64,000 nucleotides of DNA from Sphaerodactylus townsendi (taxonomy: Eukaryota), in NCBI RefSeq assembly GCF_021028975.2, contig NC_059429.1, positions 100,750,001-100,814,000 on the forward strand, given 5' to 3'. Every line of letters starts with the position of its first letter. Position 1 is the stretch's first letter. A model generated the notes under the pieces. The model was given only the letters and a program-made list of their open reading frames with translations. It had not been told where the DNA came from and did not search any database. Below, in pieces: positions 1-11,200 of this stretch. Both the position numbers and the translations under genes were made by a program.

Positions 1-292
1 AGCTACTATTGCATTAAGTACTGAGTAACTCCTGCATACAAGGGCAGATCATGACATGCTGAGGTCCTAAGCTATATCAAGTTTCAGAGGCCCCATAGCA
101 TTACCAAAAACGGTAATTTAGCAATTCATAGTAATTAAAAATTTATTTGGAGGTCCCTCATAACTTAAGGTCCTAAATGATAATTTGTTTAACTTGTGTA
201 CCAGCTCCAATTGCATGAGTAGCTCACACTTCTTCCTTCTTATATCAGACTAGTTTTTCATGTGTGTTGTGTGCGCCTTTCATCCTCTAGTC

Positions 293-440
293 CAGGGGTC
301 TGCAACCTGTGGCTCTCCAGATGTTCATGGACTACAATTCCCATCAGCCCCTGCCAGCATGGTCAATTGGCCATGCTGGCAGGGGTTGATGGGAATTGTA
401 GTCCATGGACATCTGGAGAGCCGCAGGTTGTAGACCCCTG
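293..440. mobile_element. Palindromic hAT MITE, 148 bp
   Basis: CAGGGG...CCCCTG termini; near-perfect hairpin; 8-bp TSD ctctagtc/ccctagtc. Confidence 0.9.
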
Positions 441-1602
441 CCCTAGTCACATGAATCCACGGTTCTCCAATGAGAAGTCTAATTTGTTCCAGCAGATGGC
501 AGCAAGCCCCATATTGATGGGTCAAAGTTTTATCTTTGGCTTGGAGATGTCTTATGAGAGCTGCAGCAACTGCCCTTGTCATGATAGCATCTATCAACAT
601 AGGCAGCCATACAATTTTGAGACTTATGGGGAGAGATGAAGGAGAAGAGCCCAGTTTGCTGCACTGTTTCAAATACAAAGTGACTGACAAGATACGCAAA
701 TACATGAGAGACAGCATTCTTCTTCTGCCTGCCAGAGTATTTCTGGCAGTGTTTGGATTCTAACAGCTGATTCAGAGTAGATCAAGCTGGTGCCACTATC
801 TCCAAGAAGCTGAGGTGCCCTGCCTAAAAAAGTAAGCCATCGCAAGGAGCTATTTGTTGTTTTGTAAAGTGTCATGTATAAGATGATGATGGTGATTAAT
901 TAATTAATTGGGATTGGTGTTTGGTGCATCAGCTATATCACCGGCAGCAGGCAAACGAAGAAGCTGCTTGATACCTTCTTTCAATTTCTGCAAAGCATAT
1001 TAATGCAAAAATTTGGAGGAAAATGTCTGATCTACGGTTTTTAGTTCTGGTATGGCACCTATGCCAGTGGGGAGAGCAAACAGAATGGTGGGCAGGTGCT
1101 GCACAGCTTCATGGTGCCGGACCAAGAAGTGGCTGCCTCCCCCAAAAGCCATGCTGATATAATGGAGGACAGCAGTGTGACTGGGGCTGAGCTAGGGGCA
1201 TTCCCAGAAGTGGAGTCAGATTCCACAGGGGTTTTGGCCTGGGAATGTCCCTCTCCCCAGCCGCAGACTTGCACCATGGGAAATCGTGGTGTAAGTCTGT
1301 TTTCTCTATGGGGCTATCTGGGTAGCAGGAGGGTTTTTGAATTTCCCTCCTCCCTGAAAGGCTCAAGAAACCATCCAGATGCACAAAATATATTTTCTAC
1401 ATGAAATAGTTGTTCTGTTGATATTCATGGATGGAAAACTCTCAAACAAGAAAGGAACATTGTTACTCACATGCTACATACTTCGTTGTTACTCACATGC
1501 CAGGCTACTTCTATTCAGATGCCCTCACCTATTGACCTTGCTACCTTTATTGTTACTCACAGGTATATATCCTCGACTTGCTTTCCTTTCCTATTATCAG
1601 AT

Positions 1603-1728
1603 CCTCTGAAGATGCCAGCCAAAATACAGCCAAAATGTCAGGAGAGAATGCTGCTAGAACACGGCCATACAGCCCGGAAACCACACAGCACCCCAGTGAT
1701 TCCGGCCGTGAAAGTCTTCGACAATACA
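1603..1728 (+). mobile_element. Penelope-like pLTR fragment with decayed hammerhead core
   Basis: cctCTGAAGAtgcc...aaaatgtcagg (GAAACGTC altered by CpG-type changes); homologous to 47148-47242. Confidence 0.7.
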
Positions 1729-2007
1729 AGAAAGTAACAGTGACACAAAACATTTATCTCAAAAACAGTGTGATTCCCTTTCAATATTTTGCAGAAAGCA
1801 ACAATATCAAGGTGTGATATTAAACAGGGATTAAGTAATTGATGTACTTGGCCTAATATAATTTTTTTTCAGGTAAATGCTTCTCATCTAACAGTAAAAC
1901 GTGCTACCGCCAATGGTGTATACCTGCTGGTTCAAATTTTATTCACAGTTTCATCACTTGATGACTGCAAAAGCCAATGATATATAAATAGGCCATTGCA
2001 TATTTAT

Positions 2008-2088
2008 AGTGCAATTCTAAGTAGAGTTACACCCTTGTGAGTTCATTGAAGTCAATAGGAAGAGGGTAACTGTTTTTAAGATTGCACT
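2008..2088. mobile_element. Short palindromic MITE-like repeat
   Basis: agtgcaattctaa...gttacacc / gggtaac...aagattgcact inverted arms; a similar element lies at 58138-58221. Confidence 0.55.
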
Positions 2089-3102
2089 GGAAGGCATTAT
2101 ATCATCGGATATAACAATTATATTTTCATATAATATCAAATGCAGAGATTTTAACTGAGTCAGTTGACCCATTCAGGTACAAAATATCAAGTGCAGAGTA
2201 ATTAAGCTCAGAGAAACCAAGTGATATGCATAACTCATGTGTATTGGCTGTGGTATGTTCACATAATTCTATTGGTGGTCATTTGAACAAATGTTTCAGA
2301 ACTCCTCCCATCTCATCCCCATCTATCTTTGGTATATAATTACAGTTACAGATATGGTCACACGATGCACTTTAGTATGGTTTGTGCTGTTCAATTAAAT
2401 CTAGGGCATTTTCAGTGAAGTTATGGAGATTGCCTGTTATTTCTTCTGGGCAATGTCACCAATAGGTACTGTAGTGCAAGACTGAAACAGATAATCAAGG
2501 GGAAGCATTCTGCTAGGTAGATCATTTGTTAAGGAGGGAGGGGTTATTTAACCCTGTTCCCCAAATTTATAGCTGTCCCACATTCATCTGACAGACTGCT
2601 AGAAACCTGCTGCCAAGATCTCCCATTGTGGAAGGAGGAAATTTCAGATCATATCCTTCATGGCATGATTTGGAATCCCCTCCCAGAAGTGAATCATGCT
2701 GTTGATGAGTCACAGTGTAAAGGAGACTGATTTTGATTGATACTGGCATTACCTGGAAGAAGACATGCGTTCCAAATGTAAATGACTAAACGTATCTGTG
2801 TATGTACATATTTTCACAAGGGGCAGCAACGTTTCTTTCAACATTTCTCTTGTCTGTAAGGGTACGTTTGCACACGAGGTTTAAATAATCCTGGCCTTTG
2901 TTTAATTTGGTCTATAATGGCTAAAGAGTACAATAATGGCTAAAGAGTACAATTAATGTAAAACAAATTCCTGCCAATGTCTATCGCATATTCACAAAAC
3001 TCACATAGCACAAACAGCAGGAGAGGCTCAAAGGTACTTGTAATATAACATATAAAAATGGCTTAAAACCCCTTGCAGCTAGAATGAATGTTTAATTTAA
3101 AA

Positions 3103-3233
3103 TAGGGGTGGCTGGCCTACGGTGCTTCCGATGTGAATGGACTACAATTCCCATCAGCCCCTGCCAGCATGGCCAATGGGCTGATGGGAATTGTAGTCCA
3201 TGAACGTCTGGAGCACCATAGATTGGCCACCCA
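3103..3233. mobile_element. hAT MITE, older subfamily
   Basis: Same internal ggactacaattcccatcagcccc palindrome; TSD atttaaaa on both sides. Confidence 0.8.
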
Positions 3234-3755
3234 ATTTAAAAGATGCTCTCTTTGCTTTTCTAATCTACATTCACAAGAAATGCATCCCAGACTTTAAAAG
3301 TGTCTAAAACTCCAGCTACCTGTCACATTTACCTGTTCCTTCCTTCAAGGAGCTCAGAATGGTGTACAAAGAAGACAAGATGTCATGTTATCTTCACAAC
3401 AGCCTGCAAAGTGGTTGCTGAATAACTGAGCACTGTGTTTTTGTTATACTTCCGTATGTCAAAATGGCTAGAAAGGTCTGTTGTGTGTAAAGAGCAAAAG
3501 GAGAAGTGTGTAGAAACAAAGAATCCCAAATCTTCTCGTGTATGTAAGTTTATGTCCCCAGTATGTTTGTTAATCCTAAAGATATCAGTGGCTTTTTTTT
3601 TTTGGTTTAATTTTCTTGAAATTTTGTGAACAAAAGGAGACTCTAACAAATGGGAGCATTTAAGCATACATTAGGTCTGGTATGCATAACACATAATAAA
3701 TGCTCATGTCATCTGTACATCTTTGCACACAGCAGAGCAGCTCTGAATGTTATTT

Positions 3756-3972
3756 AACTGGCTGTTGTGGGTTTTTTGGGCTGTGGTCTGGTAAGTTTTG
3801 GTCTTAATGTTTTACCCCATCTATGGTTGGCATCTGATGCATGTCATGAGATGCCACATGCCTCAAAAGATGCCAGCCATAGGTGCGGACAAAAACTACC
3901 AGACCACGGCCACAGAGCCCCCAAAACTCAACAGCCCGTTGATTCTGGCTGTGAAAACCTTTGACAGTACAT
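3756..3972. mobile_element. Inverted pair of Penelope-like pLTR fragments
   Basis: The left arm is the reverse complement of the right arm (gatgccagccatag...ccagaccacggccacagagccc...caacagcc); homologous to the copies at 1603 and 47148. Confidence 0.65.
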
Positions 3973-4158
3973 TATTTATTTTTCATCTACAGTTCCCCCC
4001 TTTCTCCTCATCATGAACCTAAAGTGGCTTATGTGTTTCTCTTTTAGTATCCAAGCTATCTTGTGGTTACGCATATATCATTGTGAGAGCAACCTAGTTC
4101 ACCACATAGAGAGGTGTAAGCATAAAAAGTGGTACACGTGGGGTACAGGCCTCACTGA

Positions 4159-4288
4159 GGCCCCTGTCACACATACAAAAAACCGCACTTTCAATTCCCT
4201 TTGCAGCAGTGCAAAATAGCAAAACTCATTTGCAAACAATTGTGAAAGTGGATTGAAAGTGCATTATTCTGCATGTGCAGTAGGGGCA
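4159..4288. mobile_element. PIF/Harbinger MITE (degenerate)
   Basis: ggcccc...gggg termini; internal gcaaacaattgtgaaagtggattgaaagtgcattattctgcatg shared with 9392 and 50262. Confidence 0.7.
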
Positions 4289-4409
4289 AGATATACGCGG
4301 TAGGAATAAACCACTTGAAACAGCAGGCAGAGGATCCTATTTCGGCATAGTTCCTTGTCTACGCATATACAAAATCAGTATCGCAGGCAAAATGACATCC
4401 TCCCCTGAT

Positions 4410-5290
4410 GCTCAACCAATACCTGCTTTGCAATTTTTTTCCTAATGCGGGCAAAACCAGTTCCCGCAGCGTGAACCAGTCCAGTGTATTCTCTGTCCCC
4501 TCATTCTCCCGCACGTGTGAATTAACTTCGCTCGCGGGTAACATGCGAGATTTCAACCCGAGGTTCTCTGGAGGAGCAGCCGGGGCGGGGCAGTGGATCT
4601 TCATTAAAGGGCGTGGATGACAACTAAACCGAAGCAAACTGTTTTTGCCACCCTTTCTGCAATGACGCCCATGAGAAACGCAGCGGAGGAAAGGGCGGAT
4701 CTCCTGAGACTTGTTGCATCGGCGAAGGGACGAGGATTGACCAACACCGCCTTGCCTAGAAGGCCAGCCCAGCCCTCGGCTCGGCTTCCCTCCCTTCTCG
4801 GGCCAGACCCGGGCGTGGCCTGCTTTCCGCCCTCCCCTCAGCCGGAGCCTGGCGAAGGCGGCCCCGCCGCGGTGTTTCCCTGCTCAGTGCCCGCCGCTCG
4901 CGCCTTTGCTGCCGGCTGCTGACTCTCGTCCTGCCCGCCGCCCGCCCGGATCCCTGAGGATGGTGCTGCCCGGGGAAGAGCGCGCCGCTGCCGGGGTGTA
5001 CCGGGCGCCCCCGGAGCTGGTGCGGGAGGCGCACGTGCCCTCCTTGGACAAGTACCGGGAGCTTTACCGCCGCTCGGTGGAGGAGCCGCAGGGTGAGTGC
5101 AGCAGGCAAGGCCCGGGTTGGCCGAGGCGGGCGGGCATGCAGGCACAGGCAGCCACGGGCAGGCCCACAGGCTGGGCTTCCTGGTTGAGAAGTGGAGGCG
5201 CGAGGCGGGCGGGAAGCAGTGCCGGCCGCTAACGAGGTTTCGCTTTGCACATGAAGCTCTGGGCCCGCTCGGTTCCTCATCCTTTTCTTT
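4410..5290 (+). promoter_or_regulatory. CpG-island promoter of ACSS2
   Basis: Sharp rise in GC and CpG around exon 1. CCAAT 4416-4420, E-box CACGTG 4512-4517, GC boxes GGGGCGGGG 4582-4590 and GGGCGTGGCC 4811-4820. No clear TATA box. Confidence 0.85.
4960..5092 (+). CDS. ACSS2: ACSS2 coding exon 1
   Basis: MVLPGEE...[21 protein letters not shown]; donor G|gtgagt at 5093. Confidence 0.92.
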
Positions 5291-8200
5291 GCCTCGCCAT
5301 GTGGTTTGCATGTCCTCCCCTGCCTCGCTGCATTCAGGCTGCCTGTCAGTTCCTCCGAGCCGCAGCAGCCCTCTGAATTGCACAAGGTTTTTTGTAGCCT
5401 GTTCTCACTGGCCACACTACATTTCTTTAGCCACACATGGACGTCCCTTGCTTCTGGCTGCCATGCTAGAACATCGGGATAACCTGCACGACGTGGATAC
5501 ATCTGTTCTAAGGTTATTTTACTGGGTTGTTTTAGGGACCCTGTGCAGAAGAGGCATCCTTGCCAGTGTCACTTTCTGTTGTATTCTTGTTTCTAAATTT
5601 TGTGCACAGAAACTTAGTTATAGACTTGATAGGTACCAACCTGCCATTGACTGCTAGATGAAGTCTGTAGGAATAAATGACCTGTCTAAATTCCAATTGA
5701 GAGTTGGACAACCCTACATGATAACAACCATCCCTGGTGTTCAGTTAGAACAGAGTTGTATTTGTTTATGTATGTACTTAATTTGTAGAGCACCTTTCTC
5801 CCCCGAGAGCTTCTGAAAGCAGCAGCAGCAATTTGGAGCTGCTACACTATGCACAGAAGTTTATACATCCCTATATTTTTGCTGCTGCTCCTTCAGACTT
5901 GGTGAATTCAGGAGACATTGCCCTAAACTTGTGCTGAGACTTATTATTATAGTATGTCATCACACTATTATTATAGTATATCATCACTCAACAAAAGAAA
6001 AAATATTTTTTCTTCTTCTTTCAGGTCTAATAATAGGGAAAATTCACCACAGAATAAATAAAGAGCTAGTACAGGAATACCTGAATACTTTAAATGAACT
6101 CAAATCTCCAGGGTTTGATGAACTACAACCCAGGGTATTAAAAGAACTGGCAGAAGTCATCTCAGAACCACTTGCAATAATCTTTGAGAACTCCAGGAGA
6201 ACAGGAGAAGTCCTAATAGACTGAGCTAATTTTGTCCCCATCTTCCTAAAGGGTAAAAAAAGAGGACCCAAACAACTACCGCCCAGTCACCCTGAAATCA
6301 ATACCAGGAAAGATTCTAGAGCAGATCATTGAGGAGATAGTCTGTGAGCACTTGGAAGGGAATAATGTGATCACTGAAAATCAACATGGGTTTCTCAAAA
6401 AAAGTAATGTCATACTAATCTTACCTCTTTTTTTGATAAAGTGACAAACTTGGTAGATGAAGGGAATGCTGTGGACATAGCATACCTTGATTTTAGTAAG
6501 GCCTTTGACAAGATGCCCCATGATATTCTTGCAAGTAAGATGGAAAGAGGTGGACTAGAAAAAGCAACTGTTAGTTGGATTTGTAATTGGTTGACTGGCC
6601 GAACACAAAGAGTGCTCATCAATGATTCATTTTCATCCTGGAGAGAAGTGAGTAGTGGAATGCCACAGGGTACTGTCCTGGGCTCAGTTCTATTCAATAT
6701 TTTTATCAATGTCTTGGATAATGAAATGTTAATCAAAATTTGCAGATGATACCAAATTAGGAGGGGTAGCTAATACCCTGGAGGACAGGGACAGGATTCA
6801 AAATGGTCTGGACATATTAGAGGACTGGACCAAAACTACCCTACCATGATTTTTTGGGATTTTTGGAGGATGCTTGAAATATAAGCCCTACTAGAATGAT
6901 TGCTCAGGGCCAGCAAGGTTATCTTCTATATCAACTATAGGCAAGTAGGCCAGCAAATGTGCCTGAATCATATTGTTTTAATTCTTGGACTGCCAGAGAG
7001 CTACCTGAGGTCATAGGCAGCCTCTCAAATGTTGTTTTGGAGCTGTCTGCATTTGGGTGTGAAACTATGGTAGGTAAGGTTTTGTGTCCAGAGGCAAATC
7101 TCTGGGAGAGAAGTAATGTTCCATATCGCTGTTGATGTACGTGATACTTGTGTACTTTCATTGACTCTAGATGCAATACTTAACTTCTGTAGCGTCTATA
7201 ATACCTGCACATGCACTGACATTGCAGTCAGTATAAAAGTGAGATACTTTATTTCTGAAAATACTACTGGAATAAGCTTGAAAGCAGTAGGACCAGTCTG
7301 CAGGATGGCTCTGACGCCATTTCAAGAGGATATGAAAATGTCAACTCAGACAGTGTCAGCTACAAATCTTTGTGTCCTTTTGTTTTGGTAGAAACCAGTA
7401 GCTGGTGTCTTCTTACAGCTGAATTAAAGGTGCTAGTTTAAAATTTACCTTTGAACAGTCTCCATGGATGAGTGAAGTGGAGGAGAGTTTGGTGGAGAGA
7501 AATTCTTGGTGTTTCTATGCAATCTTGCAAGCAAAAGTTGTCAGAATTCTTTAAAGCACAGCAAAAATATGGTCTTTTTCTCAATGGAAAACTGCAGTAA
7601 TTTATCTTATGCATTTGTTGGCAACAAGCAAAAAGGCATAGATTTGGTTGTCAAGGAGCCCCAAGTTTTGTGGTACTCTGAAAGAGATTAAGTACTACAG
7701 TATTGGTATAGTGAACAACAAGTGAACCAGTAGATAAGTTATATAATAAAAATTCTTGTAAATTTGTATGACTTGCAGTAGTTTGTATGACTTGGGAGCA
7801 TATAATTAACTCAATTCCCCTAATTCATTCTCTTCCTTAAATAAGACCCTTTCAGTTTTGTCTAATTTAGATCATATGCTATTAACTGTTGTCTGAAAGT
7901 TTTAATTTATTCTTTTACAGAATTCTGGGCTGAGATTGCCAAAGAATTTTACTGGAGAAGTCAACACACTGGACCATTTCTGCACTACAACTTTGATGTC
8001 ACGAAAGGAAAAATCTCCATTGAGTGGATGAAAGGGGCTACAACTAACATTTGCTACAATCTGTTGGACAGAAATGTGTATGAGAATAAACTTGGAGACA
8101 AAATAGCTTTTTACTGGTAATATTTTGCTTTTTATTATGCTGTCTCGTATAAGCCTTAGAAATGAAAAAAAATTCTTGTGCCATTGGTACATTTTGTGCT

Positions 8201-11200
8201 GATCCAGGGTATAGAGTCCTGAATGGTGAATAATAATGAGCACTTTATTGTTAGAGCTAATTTTCTGTTGAACTTGCTTGAGAAAGTAATTAAAGAAGGC
8301 ACACTTTTTTGGAAAAGGGGGGAATCTGCCTCAATTGCTTCTGAGTCATCAAATTCTGTCAGGTTCCCAGTTATAAGTCTTCAGTGCTGCTGCTTAAAGC
8401 GTCTGTAAAGCTTTCAAAGGCTTTATCAGTGGCTTGTATGTACTTCAAAAAGTCCTCTAGAAAACTTGCTAAAAGCAGTTGTCAGTTTCCTAAATAATAG
8501 GTGCCTCAGTAGAACACAAACACTAAAGTTCATTGGAAGGGCAGAGACAACTTTCATCATTGTGCTGTTAAAAATTCTGATTTCTTTCTTTCACCTTTCA
8601 GTGCAAAGTAATGGTCACCCAGTGAAGATTAGAGATCTGATCAGAACACAGGAAGCTTAAGGTGGGAGGCAGAATAGGGAATACTGTCTGTAGAGCAGGT
8701 TGCCACTGTAGAATGTCGTCATCTTCTTTAGCATTCATGATGCCTCCCTTTTGCAAGAAGACCAATAACTCTTTTTCAGATGAAGGTTATTGCTCTTTCC
8801 TTTCTTGCGCCAAGGAATAATATAATTTATTTCCTTTCCCTAACAGTTCTAGTTCCTTTTTCTTTGATTAGTACTTGTTTACTTTACAGAACAACCAGAA
8901 AATCAGGAAATGTGGCATGCAGTTCAATCCAATGTATATTTACCGGGAAGCAAGCCCCACTGACTTCATTAGAACTTAACTCTCAAGTAAATGTGTGTCT
9001 GTTACAGCTGTGGTCATGTACACGTCTTAGATGCAGGCTTTTACGAAGTACATCATGTATTTACTTTTTGTTTTATTTTTGGTTTAGTGGGTTTTTTAAA
9101 ATTGTTATTGAGATAAAAACAGTCCTCAAAATCTGTTAAAAGAAGCAAGTGGAATTTCAAATTTTCAACTTCTGAGCTATTTCAGTGATGGGTATTTATT
9201 AAATTCATTGGTATCCCATCTTCATCCACAGTGGGGACCCAAAGCAGATTACATAGTTCTCCTTTCCTCCATTTTATCCTCACAGCAATCCTGCAAGGTT
9301 GGTTAAGGGGATATAGTGTAACTGGCCCAAAGTCCCTCAGCAAGCTTCCATGGCACAAGTGAGGATTTGAACCTGGGTCTTGCGGATATTAGGCCCCTTC
9401 TGCACATGCAGGGTAATACACTTTCAATCCACTTTCACAATTGTTTGCAAGTGGATTTTGCTATTCCGCACAGTAAAAATCCAGCTGCAAAGTGCATTGG
9501 AAGTGGATTGAAAGTACATTATTCTGCATGTATGGAAGGGGCCTTAGTCTGACACAGTTAACTACTATACCACACTGACTCTCAGATTGACTTTGTCACG
9601 CTGCCCATTGCATGGCTGTAGCTGGTTGTGGTATGTTCTGCAGAAAGAGGCTCTGGCGAGTATCCTGGCATCAAGTGTAATTGAGATTTCTTTGGACTCC
9701 TGTAGAACATTATTATCTTGAGTTGTATCAGTTAATACTTGTTGTGGGGTTAGTTATTTTGATAGGCTTTGCATTGATAGTATTGATCCTTGTTAGCTAT
9801 CTTCAGCTATCTACTAGAACAGGGGTAGGGAACCTGCGGCTCTCCAGATGTTCAGGAACTACAATTCCCATCAGCCCCTACCAGCATGGCCAATTGGCCC
9901 TGCTGACAGAGGCTGATGGGAATTGTAGTTCCTGAACATCTGGAGAGCCGCAGGTTCCCTACCCCTGTACTAGAAGATGGGACATAATTTTTAAAAAAGC
10001 AATAATACTGGTAATTCTGTTTATCAAGTTGTGGGAAAAATTGAGGTGCGTGGGGTGTATATCACCATAAGCATCTGTGAAAGATGGGCAGCATAAAAAT
10101 GAAATACATTTCATAAGCATGATGAAACAGTTAGGAAGTGGCTGCAGGGTTGCTCACTCACTTCCCTCTTTCCTGAAATATACATTCAGGCTACAGTGCC
10201 TTAACTGTTACATCGGTAGCCATGTTGGTAGTTACGGTTATAACTAACGATTTAGGTTCTGCAGAATCTGGGATCTGAAACCAGCTTCAGAGTGGTTTTA
10301 GATTCTGGCTTAAATAGGGAAGCTCTAACATTTACTCTAACATTTTAATGTTTGTGGGGACAGAGGGTTAACAGTGGCTAGGCCTGGTAGCAGGAATTTA
10401 TATTTTCTGAGAGGATATTAAAAGGGTGTATGGAAGACAGTGTGCTATTTAGCCTGAATGTCTACCCCTTCTTCCGCATTAACTCTGCACCAGCCGTGTA
10501 TAAAAAGGTAGTCTAGAAAGATGAAATATAGTTTACTTCTAAACAGTGTCAGCAATATGCATCTGCTTGTTTCTTCTTAAAAATTAGGTTCAAGTAAGGA
10601 GAAATTGTTGAAGGCTATCGTGGTTGGAGTCAACTGACTGTTGTGGGTTTTTTGGGCTGTGTAGCCATGCTATAGTTATTTAGTTCCTAAAACTACCAGA
10701 TCAAGGCCACACAGCCCCCCCAAAAAACATAACAATCAGTAAGGAAATTAAAAAAAAATAGCAGTAGACTGTTAACTCTCACCCTCGTTTTCACCTGTAG
10801 ATTTCTATGGTGCCAGGTACTGGATTAAAAACTAAAATAAATGTTCCAGTTTCAAAAAGGTGTTGCTTTTATCTCTTCCTAGATACTAGCATGATCTTAC
10901 TAAACAAATATTGTTTAGTTTCTGGTTCAAAAGAACTTTATGCTGCTAAAGAGTAACTTGTCCAAGGCAACAGAACATACTTTGTTATGAATTAATTAGG
11001 TTACCAAAATACATAAACATTATTTGACTCTCTAAGGGCAGCATACTGCAAATGAGTTGTGGAAAGCAAAATGGACAGCAGATGGATGCACGTTTCAAAT
11101 GTGGAAATTTATTTCCACAGGGATTCTGGCTTGATCAGATAAACAGAAACGTGCAAAATGCATAACTGCATGCCTCTGAATATATTTTTCTTTAAAGAAT

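Noticed and set aside
1237-1290. WAP/WFDC-like PGECP motif
   Set aside because: Needs a frameshift, and the remaining cysteine pattern is absent.
1-4400. GGT7 exons, expected upstream from mammalian synteny
   Set aside because: No GGT7-like translation recognised in this interval.
4100-4960. SREBP sterol response elements expected for ACSS2
   Set aside because: No convincing ATCACCCCAC-type match found by eye; only E-box, CCAAT and GC boxes are reported.
4617-5657. Long overlapping ORFs (up to 248 aa) on both strands at the promoter
   Set aside because: Expected from stop-codon scarcity in a CpG island; only 4960-5092 matches ACSS2.
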